Position numbers and translations under genes: made by a program. This document shows positions 27,601 through 36,867 of a stretch of DNA of 64,000 bases, in pieces. The stretch is from NCBI RefSeq assembly GCF_902459465.1, contig NC_047063.1:15810001-15874000 (forward strand), read 5' to 3'. The notes below the pieces were generated by a model. The model saw only the letters and a program-made list of their open reading frames with translations. It was not told the DNA's origin and did no database searches. How positions within the stretch are numbered: position 1 is the stretch's first letter; each line of letters begins with the position of its first letter. The stretch comes from Asterias rubens (taxonomy: Eukaryota).

Positions 27601-30600
27601 AACCTCTCCCCATTACTCGTTACCAAGTGAGGTTTTATGCTGACCAATTATTTTGATTAATTACCTATAGTGCCCAAGCCTTTAAGATGTTCCAATGGAA
27701 AAGTGCCCTTTGCAAAATTAAAATGACATGAATTGTTTCTTGAAATCTTTTTATCAACAGCTCTTACCAAAGAAGTTTGTATGGTCACTTCTTTTTGGAG
27801 CAATTACCAAAGGTCTATCTTTAAAGACCAATATCTTCAAAATTTGAGTGTAACCTCCTTTTTAAAATGACATTTGCCATGAGGTGATTTAATCATTTGG
27901 TGTCTTTTCCTTTTGTTTTATGACAATATTTTCCCTTCCCTATTTTAAGCCTACAAATTATTGAGGTTGTATCTAGGTGCTGTCTGCATTATGTGTGCGA
28001 GTCCATGGCAGTGTAAGGCCGTATCCCAATTGGTGGCTACAGCTACGGCTACGACTGTTACTAAGGGTGTTCCTAAGGGCGTCCTATACACGTACTTCCA
28101 TTGCATGATGACGCAAAATGTCTAGCCAAAGCATCCATGTAGCTGTAGCCGCAGATTGGGACCCGGCCTTACTCATTGCTCTCTTAGTTTAGTACAAGGG
28201 AAACACCCTTTCATTAAACTTCTTTACACCTGCAAGAAATCTGTCAGATGTCCTCGGTACATGCACATTGTAGACCATACATACAATGTAAAATTTGCTT
28301 TACATGAGTACATGTACATGTAGTGCAAACTTAAAAACGTTTCACAGTATGCGTACACAGTGTACATGTAGGTTGTTTGTAACTATGATGTAATGGTCTA
28401 ATAGGCCTACATGTACAATTTAGTTCAACTACAATTAAATCATCAATTTATCGGTTGTTGTACCCACTGCTTTTATTGCTTACTCAAACTGGCCACTAAC
28501 CCGAGCCACCCTGTGGTGTACATGTTGCTGTTAAGAAACTCAAGTCTAGGATACAATGTGGTTGGTTTGAATTTTAACAAAGCGGCTTGTTTTGCTAACA
28601 AATTAATGTAAGGGTGAATATCAAAATAACATATAATATTAAACTCTCTTTTCCCCCTCAAGTTCAGCTGTTTGTGATCAACCTGGACATTGTTGTAGTT
28701 TGCTATGATTGTCTTCATGAATGCACTTGGTCTAAAATTTGTGTCATCAATCATCATAAATTCATTAGCCTCAAGACTAATTTGAAACATGATGGGACAT
28801 ATCTACATTTGCAAAACTTTGCAAACATACATGTACAGCACCTCCCTTTCATACACTTTTACAAGCCTGTACAGGTTTTACCAAAGATGTACATGTATGT
28901 ATTCTTCACAAAATGGCTTAGTAAACTGGGAAGCTTTAATATGGCCATACTACATTGTAATGTGTTTTCCTGCAAGTCTTTGTGCATATCACTATATTGG
29001 TGCAGCCTCCGACTAGCAGGCAAGCCATTCAATGTAAATGAACACAGTGCGATCCAGGGACTTCCACAGTGCCCAGGTACCTCCACATACATCACATAGC
29101 ACTTATTACCTTGGCTGTTTCACTCAAATGTAGTCCCTCCTTACAATGTGCAGTCTACAATGTAAATGGTAATGTCACTACATGTACACAAAGAATGTAC
29201 TTTTAGGTGTACATGAATTATGAACGTATACACGTAGACTCTTTCTCTGCATGTAAATGACTACAATGTACACGAACATGTTATCCTACAATGTGTATGC
29301 ACATAAATATGACATGAACTTATGCAACAACGTTTTGCCTTGAATTGTCAAGACAATGACACAACATAAATAAATGTAAGAGGATACCGACAGACATTGC
29401 AGTGTACATGTTATTACTGTACATTACTGGTCTACCATGTACAACCTGGGTACACAAACATGACAAATGTTTAGGTGGCAACGAAAAAAGTGGGCCTATC
29501 TTTCACTTTGTGTACATTCCATGAAAAACAATACATGTAAGTGTGAAAAGAACATGATACATGTAGTAAAAGTGGCATCGCAGTAAGGACATTTGTTCAA
29601 GTCAAGTACGTACACGTATCCTAAGTTTAAGAAATGTAGTTTGCACTATGTCTTTGAGAAAACATGTTTACTTGTGTTGTCATACAATGGAGGGAGGAGC
29701 TGAAGTGAAGGAGGGAAAAGTGAAATAAAAACTTCGACATTTTGAAAGTGAACATTTCAAATGGAAGAAACACAAATTAAACACAAAAATTAGGTCAAGG
29801 TTGAGGTTGATTTTGATGGGAAGGCAGGAATGGATGTTGTGAATATTCAATCAATTAACACCTCACAGTTTCTTCAACTTACACCTAAAATGTGTTAACA
29901 ACTATTCATAAATTATACCTCAGACAGTTTCGCTATTTCTATTGGTGGAGAGCGTGTCATGTGGGGGTGGAGAGCGTGTCACGTGGGGGTGTTTAAATGG
30001 TTGATAATGACCAGCTGGAGCTCTGTTTGTAACCGTTTGTTTTCGGATACTACACGTTAGTCTTGGTGCAAGATGTTTTCTCATTACAGGCGATGCGGGT
30101 GCTATTGGTGAGTTGGTCGTGCTGTGTGTAAAAGGACAAGAAACGTCTTGCACCAAGACAACTTCGGGCACAAAGCATATCTGAAATTGATCTCAGTCAT
30201 AAAAATGAAACACATGTACAGAGCTCAAGGACGTCGGAAACGGATAAGTTTTACAGAGTTTCTTCACTTAATAAAGCTTTTTAACCAAAAAAGCATTTAA
30301 GAATGGGATTAAAAGAGTAATGACTAGTTCTTAAACTGTCGTTTAAAACCTTGCAGGGTCGTGGCCGTGCGATAAGGCACTCACACTGCCACGACCCTGA
30401 CGGTTTTAAACAGCTTTTTGAGACCTTGTCGCTACCCTTTTTATTCCCTTATCGTAAACCATTCAACTGCCAGTGATGGCCTTTAATATGTGTCTAAATT
30501 TTTACGATTTGGGAAACCGTAAAGTAATGCTTAAACCCAGACTACATTGGGATCATGACATACGTGTACACAATGCATAATCCGTGCAACAACACACGAA

Positions 30601-33600
30601 CAGTATACATTTCCATTTTACAGGCATTTAGTGTAGTCTTTATTATCTTGTTACTTTGCATGCTATAATGCCACTGATGCTATAGTTTAATAGTTTGGGA
30701 ACAAGGAGGTTTTCAGAAAACTGAATACATTTACCATAAAAGCAAATGCCCTCTACTGTTGAAATATATCAAAAAATAATGCGATGTCATAACCAATTTC
30801 AATCGCCTTGACCAATCACCTTGACCGTGCTGTCAACAGCAGACAGCATGGTCTGTTTCGTCTGCGATGTACAGTTCCTCTGAAATGTTAGCTTGTTTAT
30901 AAAAAACTACAAAACGTGTCCTTTGTTTTACACTAGCCAAAGGATTCCCTTGATGGAACATATTACCTTTTACAGTGTAGTGTATGTATAACGCAATATA
31001 TTCTTTTTAAATGTATATTTCTATGGCTTGGGTGTTGTTTTTTGTTGAGTCTTTGTATTATGTCAAAATGCTGTGATGAAAACACAATTTTTTTGTATTA
31101 CCAAATGCACGCTTGCGGTTACAAAGTTTCGTTTTTAACCTTTAATTTTTGTTTATGAAATAAAAAAGTAAACGTGTAACTGACTGTAACTGCTATGTTC
31201 TGGCACTTGCAAGTCTTGCATAAATCACATTTTAAAGCCCAGTTCTGCTTGGTCACGTTACAGCCCGAGGTTCCATTAGTTATTTTGAATACAAGTGCCT
31301 TTAGATGGTACACATCAGTACTGGTACACAGGCAGAAAAAAAATCTAAGCCTGAGCCAAAATCAATAGTCATGGTTTTGAAAAGGGCCAATAAACTCTTG
31401 TTTTAATGTTAGTGAAACATTAGTTGTTGCAACAGCAGCGTTGTGGTGGTTTCACTAAATTAACTTGGAGCTAGAGAAATGGAATGGTTTGTGAGAAGCG
31501 AACGCTGGCTGACACAAAGCTTGGGCGATACCACGATATTATTGAGTATCTCAACACTAATTTGGAAACGATTTCGCTATCGGATCGATTTGGTTTTAAT
31601 CGAAATATCGATATATCGCGATATCGGTTAAGTATCGCAATATCAGTTAAGTATCGCGATATCGATTAAGTATCGCGATATCGATTAAGTATCGCGATGT
31701 ATTTCCTAGCCGAGACATCTTGCACCCAATAGGTTTGGAGTAAAACCAGAAGAATAGGTTATTAGAACACCTCTCTTAATGCTATGCCACATGCAACAAA
31801 ATTACAATGTATTTTGTTTGTTTTATTTGTTTTGCCAATTGTTGAGGATTAGTTAAATAATCGGTAGAGCAATTGGTTGAAAAACATAGTCATTTATGAT
31901 TACGGTCCACACTAAACAAAAAATTAACCGGGTTGCATTACCCATGAGGCCATTTGACGTACCCCTCTGTAAATCTGTTTTACGCCTCCGTATGGTCATT
32001 GCATTGATGCCCTTGAAATGCTCTCCCAGTAGAAATTTGAAATTTTCCTCATAGGGTGCCCTTTACCAAGGAGAAAATACATTGGTGCCATCGCCCTTTC
32101 AAAATGCTAGCCATTACACTACGTTGCTAGTAAGCAAGGGTTCACATAGTCCCCTTTCTAATTAATATTCATAAATATCCCAGACAGTTTCGCTACTCCT
32201 ATTGGTGGAGAGCGCCTCACATGGGGGTGTTTAAACGGTTGATAATGACCAGCTGGAGCTGTTTATAACCGGCTGGCTTCCTTGGCCAGGCGCGCACGTA
32301 CGCCAATATTATCACAGGGAACGCTCAATTCACAGCTACATTTTTAAACAAAAGGGCATTATGAATGGGAATAATTTCAATAAAAGAGTAGTGACTCAGT
32401 CTTAAACGTCCGTTTAAAACCTTGCAGGATCGTTGCAAAACGATAAAGGCCCTCGCCTTCGGCTCTGGCCTTTATCACACGGCAACGACCCTGCTGGTTT
32501 AAACGGCCTACAAAGAACTCGTCGCTACCCTTTAATTCACTTAGTAACTTTCATCCCTTCCTCTATGCATTCATGTAAACGTTTGTTCAAAAATAAACAA
32601 AAACAATACACCACAGCGCACTGGGCTTATATTATAAACAGGCACAATAAATAAGTAACCATCATGAAAGGGTCTAGTTAGTAATGGTAAAGAGAAAGGA
32701 CCACATTTGGCAAGTGCATACTAACTGGTAAACAATTTAAAACAATGTTTTTGAAGAAAAAAAACACCTTCATACCTATTTTCCACCAAAAAATGTCTGA
32801 AGAAGTGAAACAAACTTGATTGAATATTTATTTCATAAACTTAAAATGAAAAATAGGAAGTTTAAGTTATCCATTTTATTATTTATATACCACCTGTTTC
32901 TGTAAAAATTAACAATGTTTTTGGATAACTTTCCGTATGGCGCCACCACTTTTTCACTCATTTTTAGAAAAAGGGATATCTCATTGAGGTAAATTAGATA
33001 CTATATTATTTCATATCGAATGAAAAAGTGGTGGCGCCATACGGAAACTTTTCCATGTTTTTTTTGGTCAAGTATTGATAAATAAAATTGTTGTCTTATA
33101 GTAATATTTGGCCTCTTCTTTTTCAAAACAAATCACTGCTTGTTTTGGCGCTGGCTCATCACTCAGCTGATTCAGTCAGCAGACGTCTGACTCCGACTGT
33201 CACAGTGTCAGACCATGGAGGTAGAATCTAATTCTACCTCCATGTTCAGACGATTGACTCTGAATCCGAGTTGAGGAAGTCTATTGTATTTGCCCTAGAT
33301 TATGGCATTGGTTAGAGTAAAAGATACATTATAAATCCAATGAATTATGCTCTTGTTAGGGGCTATACAGCATACCAAAATTTAACACATTGTCTCTAAC
33401 TGGTTGAGAGACCGTAGACTTTTTAGAGACATGTTGTGACCCAAAAATATGTAAAAAAAATGTTATGGTGTGTTTGTGTACGCCGGAAGACTCGCGACGA
33501 GAATAATTGACTTTTCTTGCGAATTTCAACTTTGAAAATTACACTTTTAGAAGATTTTTATTTTTAACTCATCTGTATGAAAACAATGATTATTACCTCC

Positions 33601-33704
33601 TCCATTAAATTACAGGGTGCCAGAGCCTGTAGTCCATCGTGACCGTTGTCAACCGTCAAGGAATCTGAACTAACAAGTTCTTCGTGTCTGCTGTCGACCG
33701 CCAT
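501..33704 (-). CDS. BRAF: B-Raf-type serine/threonine kinase, multi-exon, 3' end outside window. Exons: 33597-33704, 25128-25229, 19675-20010, 18479-18631, 18058-18114, 17592-17743, 16611-16791, [short hinge exon unresolved], 9362-9499, 5741-5892, 4324-4435, 3016-3277, 1135-1181, 501-619
   Basis: Hand-spliced GT-AG exons give a BRS region ([15 protein letters not shown]...EYEELTEKL), RBD ([13 protein letters not shown]...[12 protein letters not shown]), C1 domain ([17 protein letters not shown]...HQRC), 14-3-3 site RSTSAPNV, acidic N-region [11 protein letters not shown]-loop GSGSFG, VAVK, HRDMKSN and [12 protein letters not shown]. Several exon sizes (102, 47, 119 bp) equal human BRAF exons 2, 14 and 15. 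Confidence 0.97.
620..1134 (-). other. U12-type (minor spliceosome) GT-AG intron of BRAF
   Basis: The 5' splice site is GTATCCTTT (U12 consensus) and the branch point TTCCTTGAC (minus 644-636) lies 16 nt from the 3' splice site. Confidence 0.92.
691..865. mobile_element. Harbinger-type MITE
   Basis: TIR GGCCCAATTTCATA at both ends; tag/cag flanks. Confidence 0.7.
1135..1181 (-). CDS. BRAF: BRAF catalytic-loop exon ([15 protein letters not shown])
   Basis: ttttcag|T TAT CTT CAT...AAC A|gtatcctttg; 47 bp, as in human exon 14. Confidence 0.97.
2254..2457. mobile_element. Palindromic element made of two inverted tRNA-derived halves
   Basis: Arms cctgagctctgtgaa...gggattgaacc / ggttccaatcccac...ttcacagagctcagg; a B-box-like GGTTCxAATCC on both strands. 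Confidence 0.55.
2530..2947 (+). mobile_element. 5'-truncated RTE-clade LINE 3' end
   Basis: Degenerate peptide [58 protein letters not shown] followed by a (GA)n tail. Confidence 0.8.
3016..3277 (-). CDS. BRAF: BRAF kinase N-lobe exon (equivalent to human exons 12+13)
   Basis: ctacag|[40 protein letters not shown]...IARQTAQGM|gtaagt; 262 bp. Confidence 0.98.
4324..4435 (-). CDS. BRAF: BRAF exon (acidic N-region + G-loop)
   Basis: ttacag|[38 protein letters not shown]|gtgagt. Confidence 0.97.
5741..5892 (-). CDS. BRAF: BRAF hinge exon ([12 protein letters not shown]...[13 protein letters not shown])
   Basis: catttag|CA...ACG|gtaagt; phase 1-0; resembles the human exon 10 end (SSSSEDRNRM). 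Confidence 0.88.
6022..6178. mobile_element. MITE with GCCTGGTTCATACTTCC TIR (other copies about 18715-18886 and 42818-42967)
   Basis: Shared TIR and GCGAATGCGAAT-type subterminal motif in three copies. Confidence 0.65.
6941..7500. repeat. Minisatellite of about 22-bp monomers in a 109-bp higher-order repeat
   Basis: The variant ctgaaggtaagactaaaac recurs at 7021, 7130, 7239 and 7348. Confidence 0.9.
9362..9499 (-). CDS. BRAF: BRAF hinge exon ([14 protein letters not shown]...SPSSALP)
   Basis: Long pyrimidine tract, ctcctag|, open frame and G|gtgagt donor; phase 1-1; GC-rich island within an AT-rich intron. Confidence 0.75.
10608..10632 (-). CDS. BRAF: Candidate 25-nt BRAF hinge micro-exon (LRTFHQTN-D)
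   Basis: ttttag|CTCAGGACCTTTCATCAGACCAATG|gtaaag supplies the phase 0-to-1 change needed between 16611 and 9499; human exon 9 (37 bp) has the same role. A rival candidate lies at 11115-11169. Confidence 0.4.
13107..13472. mobile_element. Kolobok/T2-type MITE family A (TTAA|AGGCAGTGGACACTATTGGTAATT...)
   Basis: TIR about 24 bp with TTAA flanks. Other copies: about 15915-16205, 20401-20782, 22181-22593, 27559-27681 (internally deleted), 35887-36225, 37493-37843, 39274-39646, 45634-45827, 46489-46871, 47984-48362, 48481-48827, 49170-49770 (mosaic), 54693-55067, 55741-56091, 57413-57772, 60988-61332. Confidence 0.9.
16611..16791 (-). CDS. BRAF: BRAF exon (CR2, 14-3-3 site RSTSAPNV)
   Basis: gaaag|G TTA TTA ATG... 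LLMKNVEDE...[24 protein letters not shown]|gtgggt; phase 2-0. Confidence 0.92.
17592..17743 (-). CDS. BRAF: BRAF exon (C1/CRD zinc finger)
   Basis: gtgtag|[43 protein letters not shown]...|gtaagt; phase 0-2. Confidence 0.97.
18058..18114 (-). CDS. BRAF: BRAF exon (RBD end, C1 start)
   Basis: tttcag|[19 protein letters not shown]|gtaagt; 57 bp; matches BRAF LHVEV...THNF. Confidence 0.9.
18479..18631 (-). CDS. BRAF: BRAF exon (Ras-binding domain)
   Basis: cttag|[51 protein letters not shown]|gtaaga; 153 bp. Confidence 0.95.
19265..19620 (+). mobile_element. tRNA-headed SINE-like element (fragments also at about 10090-10225 and 56790-56850 on the minus strand)
   Basis: B box GGTTCGAGTCC followed by gacacttgtttctttaagctagacactcgacc (CORE-like). 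The segment ggatgatacc..gggggtaaccctgtttca..gtaggtggcaac is shared with 10.1 kb. Confidence 0.6.
19675..20010 (-). CDS. BRAF: BRAF exon 3 (end of BRS, start of RBD)
   Basis: tatag|[19 protein letters not shown]...[12 protein letters not shown]|gtgagt; 336 bp, phase 0-0. Confidence 0.95.
20401..20782. mobile_element. Kolobok-type MITE family A copy
   Basis: TTAA|AGGCACTGGACAC...GTGCCCAGTGCCT|TTAA. Confidence 0.9.
21700..21980 (+). mobile_element. L2/CR1-group LINE 3' end
   Basis: [24 protein letters not shown] remnant with an (ATT)n tail. Confidence 0.75.
22181..22593. mobile_element. Kolobok-type MITE family A copy with internal duplication
   Basis: The segment tttgaggtctcga..agcatctaaaagcacac occurs twice; right end CT|TTAA. 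Confidence 0.88.
23582..24598. repeat. 45-bp minisatellite array with an orientation switch at about 24265
   Basis: The unit catgagcctgctcaagaccattctagacactcctcagacag.. runs forward over 23582-24262. About 8 reverse-complement units follow, starting at 24274, 24316, 24361, 24406, 24451, 24496, 24541 and 24583. Confidence 0.92.
25128..25229 (-). CDS. BRAF: BRAF exon 2 (BRS region)
   Basis: ctccacag|[34 protein letters not shown]|gtaagc; 102 bp, as in human exon 2. Confidence 0.95.
25347..25475. mobile_element. Harbinger-type hairpin MITE with TAA TSD (relative at 28017-28168)
   Basis: TAA|GGCCGTGTCCGAAACG..GCTACAGCTACG ... CGTAGCTGTAGC..CGTTTCGGACACGGCC|TAA. Confidence 0.85.
29917..30455. 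mobile_element. Interspersed repeat family beginning cctcagacagtttcgctattcctattggtggagagcg (copies about 32178-32540, 39817-40000, 52726-53236)
   Basis: Four recognisable copies; the 39.8 kb copy is an internal-deletion derivative of the 52.7 kb type. Confidence 0.75.
31514..31710. mobile_element. MITE remnant with 19-bp tandem repeats (TTAAGTATCGCGATATCGA x about 3.7 at 31628-31698)
   Basis: Left end aagcttgggcgata with CGATA-rich subterminal repeats. Confidence 0.55.
33597..33704 (-). CDS. BRAF: BRAF coding exon 1 ([13 protein letters not shown]...CNLMEE)
   Basis: caagATGGCG start context; 36 codons ending EE|gtaat in phase 0, like human exon 1 (..PEE|); CpG-rich surroundings. The peptide is not conserved, so the call rests on context. 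Confidence 0.75.
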
Positions 33705-33830
33705 CTTGCATGTCTTCATCTCTACACACCTTTCGGCTGAGGTTAATCACGTGACAGTACGCATGCGTACTGTGTCTAAATAAAAGGGACCTCAAAACTC
33801 GCTGTGCTGCTGCTGGCCGGATGCATAGGC
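33705..33830 (-). promoter_or_regulatory. BRAF 5' UTR / proximal promoter
   Basis: Immediately upstream of the ATG: TCACGTGA E-box (33747-33754) and a perfect 20-bp palindrome ACAGTACGCATGCGTACTGT (33754-33773) with an NRF1-like core; locally CpG-rich. Confidence 0.55.
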
Positions 33831-34727
33831 TAAAACATTTTGAAAGAAGTTCAGTTTCACTTTTTTAAATATGTAGAAATCTATTTTTTAAGTCCACAAT
33901 AATTATGAGAACGTAAAGTACAAATATGCATATGATTATTCACGTGCAAAGGCAGGGTGTGTTTTGGGGGGTTTCGCGCCCCTGCCCGGCCAGCTAGCCA
34001 ACCAAGAAGTTGATGACCATAAACAAACTAACTTTTTTGTAGACGATCACTCGAGAGCTGCTAATAAAGCATTCTTTCTGAGAAACGACCCCACTGTCCG
34101 TATGCAGTTTTAGGGAAAGAGGTTGTTTTAACGCACACCAGTTGACTTTGAGGAAGGCTTCAGACATGAAACCTTTTTTCAGACACCTTACTAAACTCCT
34201 CAAAATTTAAGACGCATTGCTTGACTTTAAAAATTGAGACTCTATGCCTAAAAACGCTCGATTGCACAACGAGCCGCCTCATTGTGTATCAATCTTATTT
34301 CTAAGCAAAGTAGCAAATCGCAATGGCAATAATACAAGTAAAAAAACTCATCTTTTGGTCGACGTCACGGGAATTGAAAAGGCGCTACTACGACTGCAAA
34401 ATAGACGTGTCTTGCTGTAATTTGAGTATAAAAAACACACATTCGATCGAACCACCAGTAGGCCAACTCTGCTTTCAAAAGCTATGTGTTGACTTTAGAG
34501 CGTACTGCATGTACTTCAACTTTGGGGTCCGTGCAGGCAGTCAGACAACAGTCAGCTTTCGAAGTTCACACTCTACCGTGACCATTTTAGGCCCCTGACT
34601 TTTTAAAAACTCATACCCCTGCAAAGTATAGTTTTCAAATCAATAGTTGAACAAAAGATATCATCGGTTTTGTCTTGTGTCATGGCAAAGTGGTATCGCA
34701 GTACCTAGCTCCTGGACCCAAGCTCTG

Positions 34728-35095
34728 AGCCCAATTTCATAGCGTTGCTAAGCACACAAATTTGCTTAGCACGAAATTTCTTCCTTGATAAAAACAGGAT
34801 TACCAACCATTATTTCCATTTGTTGCATATTGCTTGATGTTTATCCTCAAAACCATGTGGAAATTGGTTGGTAATTCTGTTTTTATCGAGGCAAAAATTT
34901 CATGCTAGGCAAATTGTGGTGCTTAGCAGCGCTATGAAATTGGCCCCTGGGGCCGATTTCACAAAGCAATAAAATTCATCGCAACACAAATTTTCAGTAT
35001 CACCATAGTGATTTGAATTGTGACATCACACTTTACTAAGCAACTACGATTGATTTGCAGTCACGATCAATTTGAGATCTTTGTGAAATCGGCCC
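34728..35095. mobile_element. Two stacked Harbinger-type MITEs (34728-34946 and 34950-35095)
   Basis: CTG|A|CTG|B|CTG. A has a GCCCAATTTCATAGCG TIR and is of the same family as 61757-61997; B has a GGGCCGATTTCACAAAG TIR. Confidence 0.85.
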
Positions 35096-36867
35096 CTGGT
35101 GCTGTCGCAGCAGCAGAGTGTGTGGATCCAACACTTTTTGCAGCAAGGCACGAAGGAAGTTGATTCAAAAGAGGGCGCTATTTCTACAGGCGCCTTCGGG
35201 GACAGAATCTCCCACAACACACCGCACATCGACGGACGGGACAGCAGTCGCCAACCATTATAACGTCTAGTGGAAACTATGGCTACAGTTTATAATTATG
35301 GAAGGAACAAAAAGTACATCTTGACAGTATAATGTTTTGACAAAGGCACAATCTACTTTCACCAAGAGATTGTTAATCAATATTTTACATAATGAGGAAT
35401 TGGGGTTGGGATAGGCCTACAGAGTCTATTGACTCGATATTTATTTTCATATCGATGAAAGTTTTCAACGTATGTGTTCTTTGCATGCATACTTACAAAA
35501 AAAAGTGTCATTTTATCAATTTTCTCAAATCATTCTACACATAATACCGGTAGTCGTTAATGTCTGACGGTGATAGCAATCTCTGTGCGATGCTCTCACG
35601 ACTGCCGCTACTACCTCGGAGCATGAGCCCTCTCGTGAGATAGTTTCGAGAGGGCCAATTCGCTATCACTTTAACGACTTGTTCTCAAGTCTACTCTGCA
35701 TTGGCTTCCCGTTCGTGAAAGTTTCATCTTTTCTTCCCGTCGTCCAGTCCCTAACGCAGCACTGCACCTTCATTACATCCCGGACACACTCCCGGACACC
35801 CCCCCCCCCCCTCCCACCCCTACAAGCTTGTATAAGCCTGCAACCGTGGACCTCATAATATTGCCCCTCTTTTTGTTTATACACAAAGGGAAGGTACACG
35901 TTTGGTAATTACTCAAAACAAATAATATTAACTTAAAAACTGACTTGGTATTGAGCATTGGAGAGATGTTGGTAGTACAAAACATTGTGAGAAACAGCTC
36001 CCTCTGAAGTAACATAGTTTTTGAGAAAGATGTTACTTCTCACTAAAAGAATAAAAGACTTCTAGCTAGAAGTATTTAATTCCTATCTGAACGCACACAA
36101 ATTCGTCCAACATTTTCTCGCAACCTCGATGACCAATTTAGCTCAAATTTTCACAGGCTTGTTATTTTTATGCCTATGTTGGGATACACCAAGTGAGAAG
36201 ACTGGTCTTTGACAATTACCAAACTTATACACTAACTTTCAACTGTGGACCTTCCCCGAACCGTGGACCCTAGTCGGTTATCTTTTGTTACAGGTACCAA
36301 GTTTGTTTGTTTGTTTGTTTAGATGATTTCCCATCAAGGGAACTCGGCAAACTCCCACAAGGGGATACACACATTTGAAGGTGTATAAACAAACCACCTT
36401 GCAACAACCACTCTGATTCAAACTCGGCTAGCACATTGTTCGCTACACTCTTGAAGAAGGCGATCGTTCTCAAGATTTGGCACGTTCCTATCGTGCGCAA
36501 TTCAACATTCGGTTAGAAACAAAACCTTTCCAAACTTATACTTTTATAATAGTAAGTTTACATGTCTAACTTTTTGCTCTCGTGAATCCCTTCCATTCTG
36601 TCTGTTTGATAAGTGCACTGGGTTCTTCGTTACACAGCCTATAGAGGGCGCAATTACAAAACGGCAAGGTGAAAACTACCGACACTACCAGCTTATATCT
36701 TGAAAGCAACGCGTTCAAAAGAATGGGTTCAAATAAACCATCTGACGTCGTGAATCAAGAGTAAATATCGCTTGGCTACAAAACTACAGAAAATATAGTT
36801 TGCGGTATCCCTTTCACTCTCTAAATATTAATAATTGATTTTTGCGCACAATGTCAATGGTATTATT

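Noticed and set aside
28614-29099. 161-aa plus ORF and other 60-140-aa ORFs in the track (e.g. 5187-5555, 7839-8207, 59914-60309, 60433-60828)
   Set aside because: No domain motifs or splice logic, many use GTG/TTG starts irrelevant here, and several are antisense to or out of frame with real exons.
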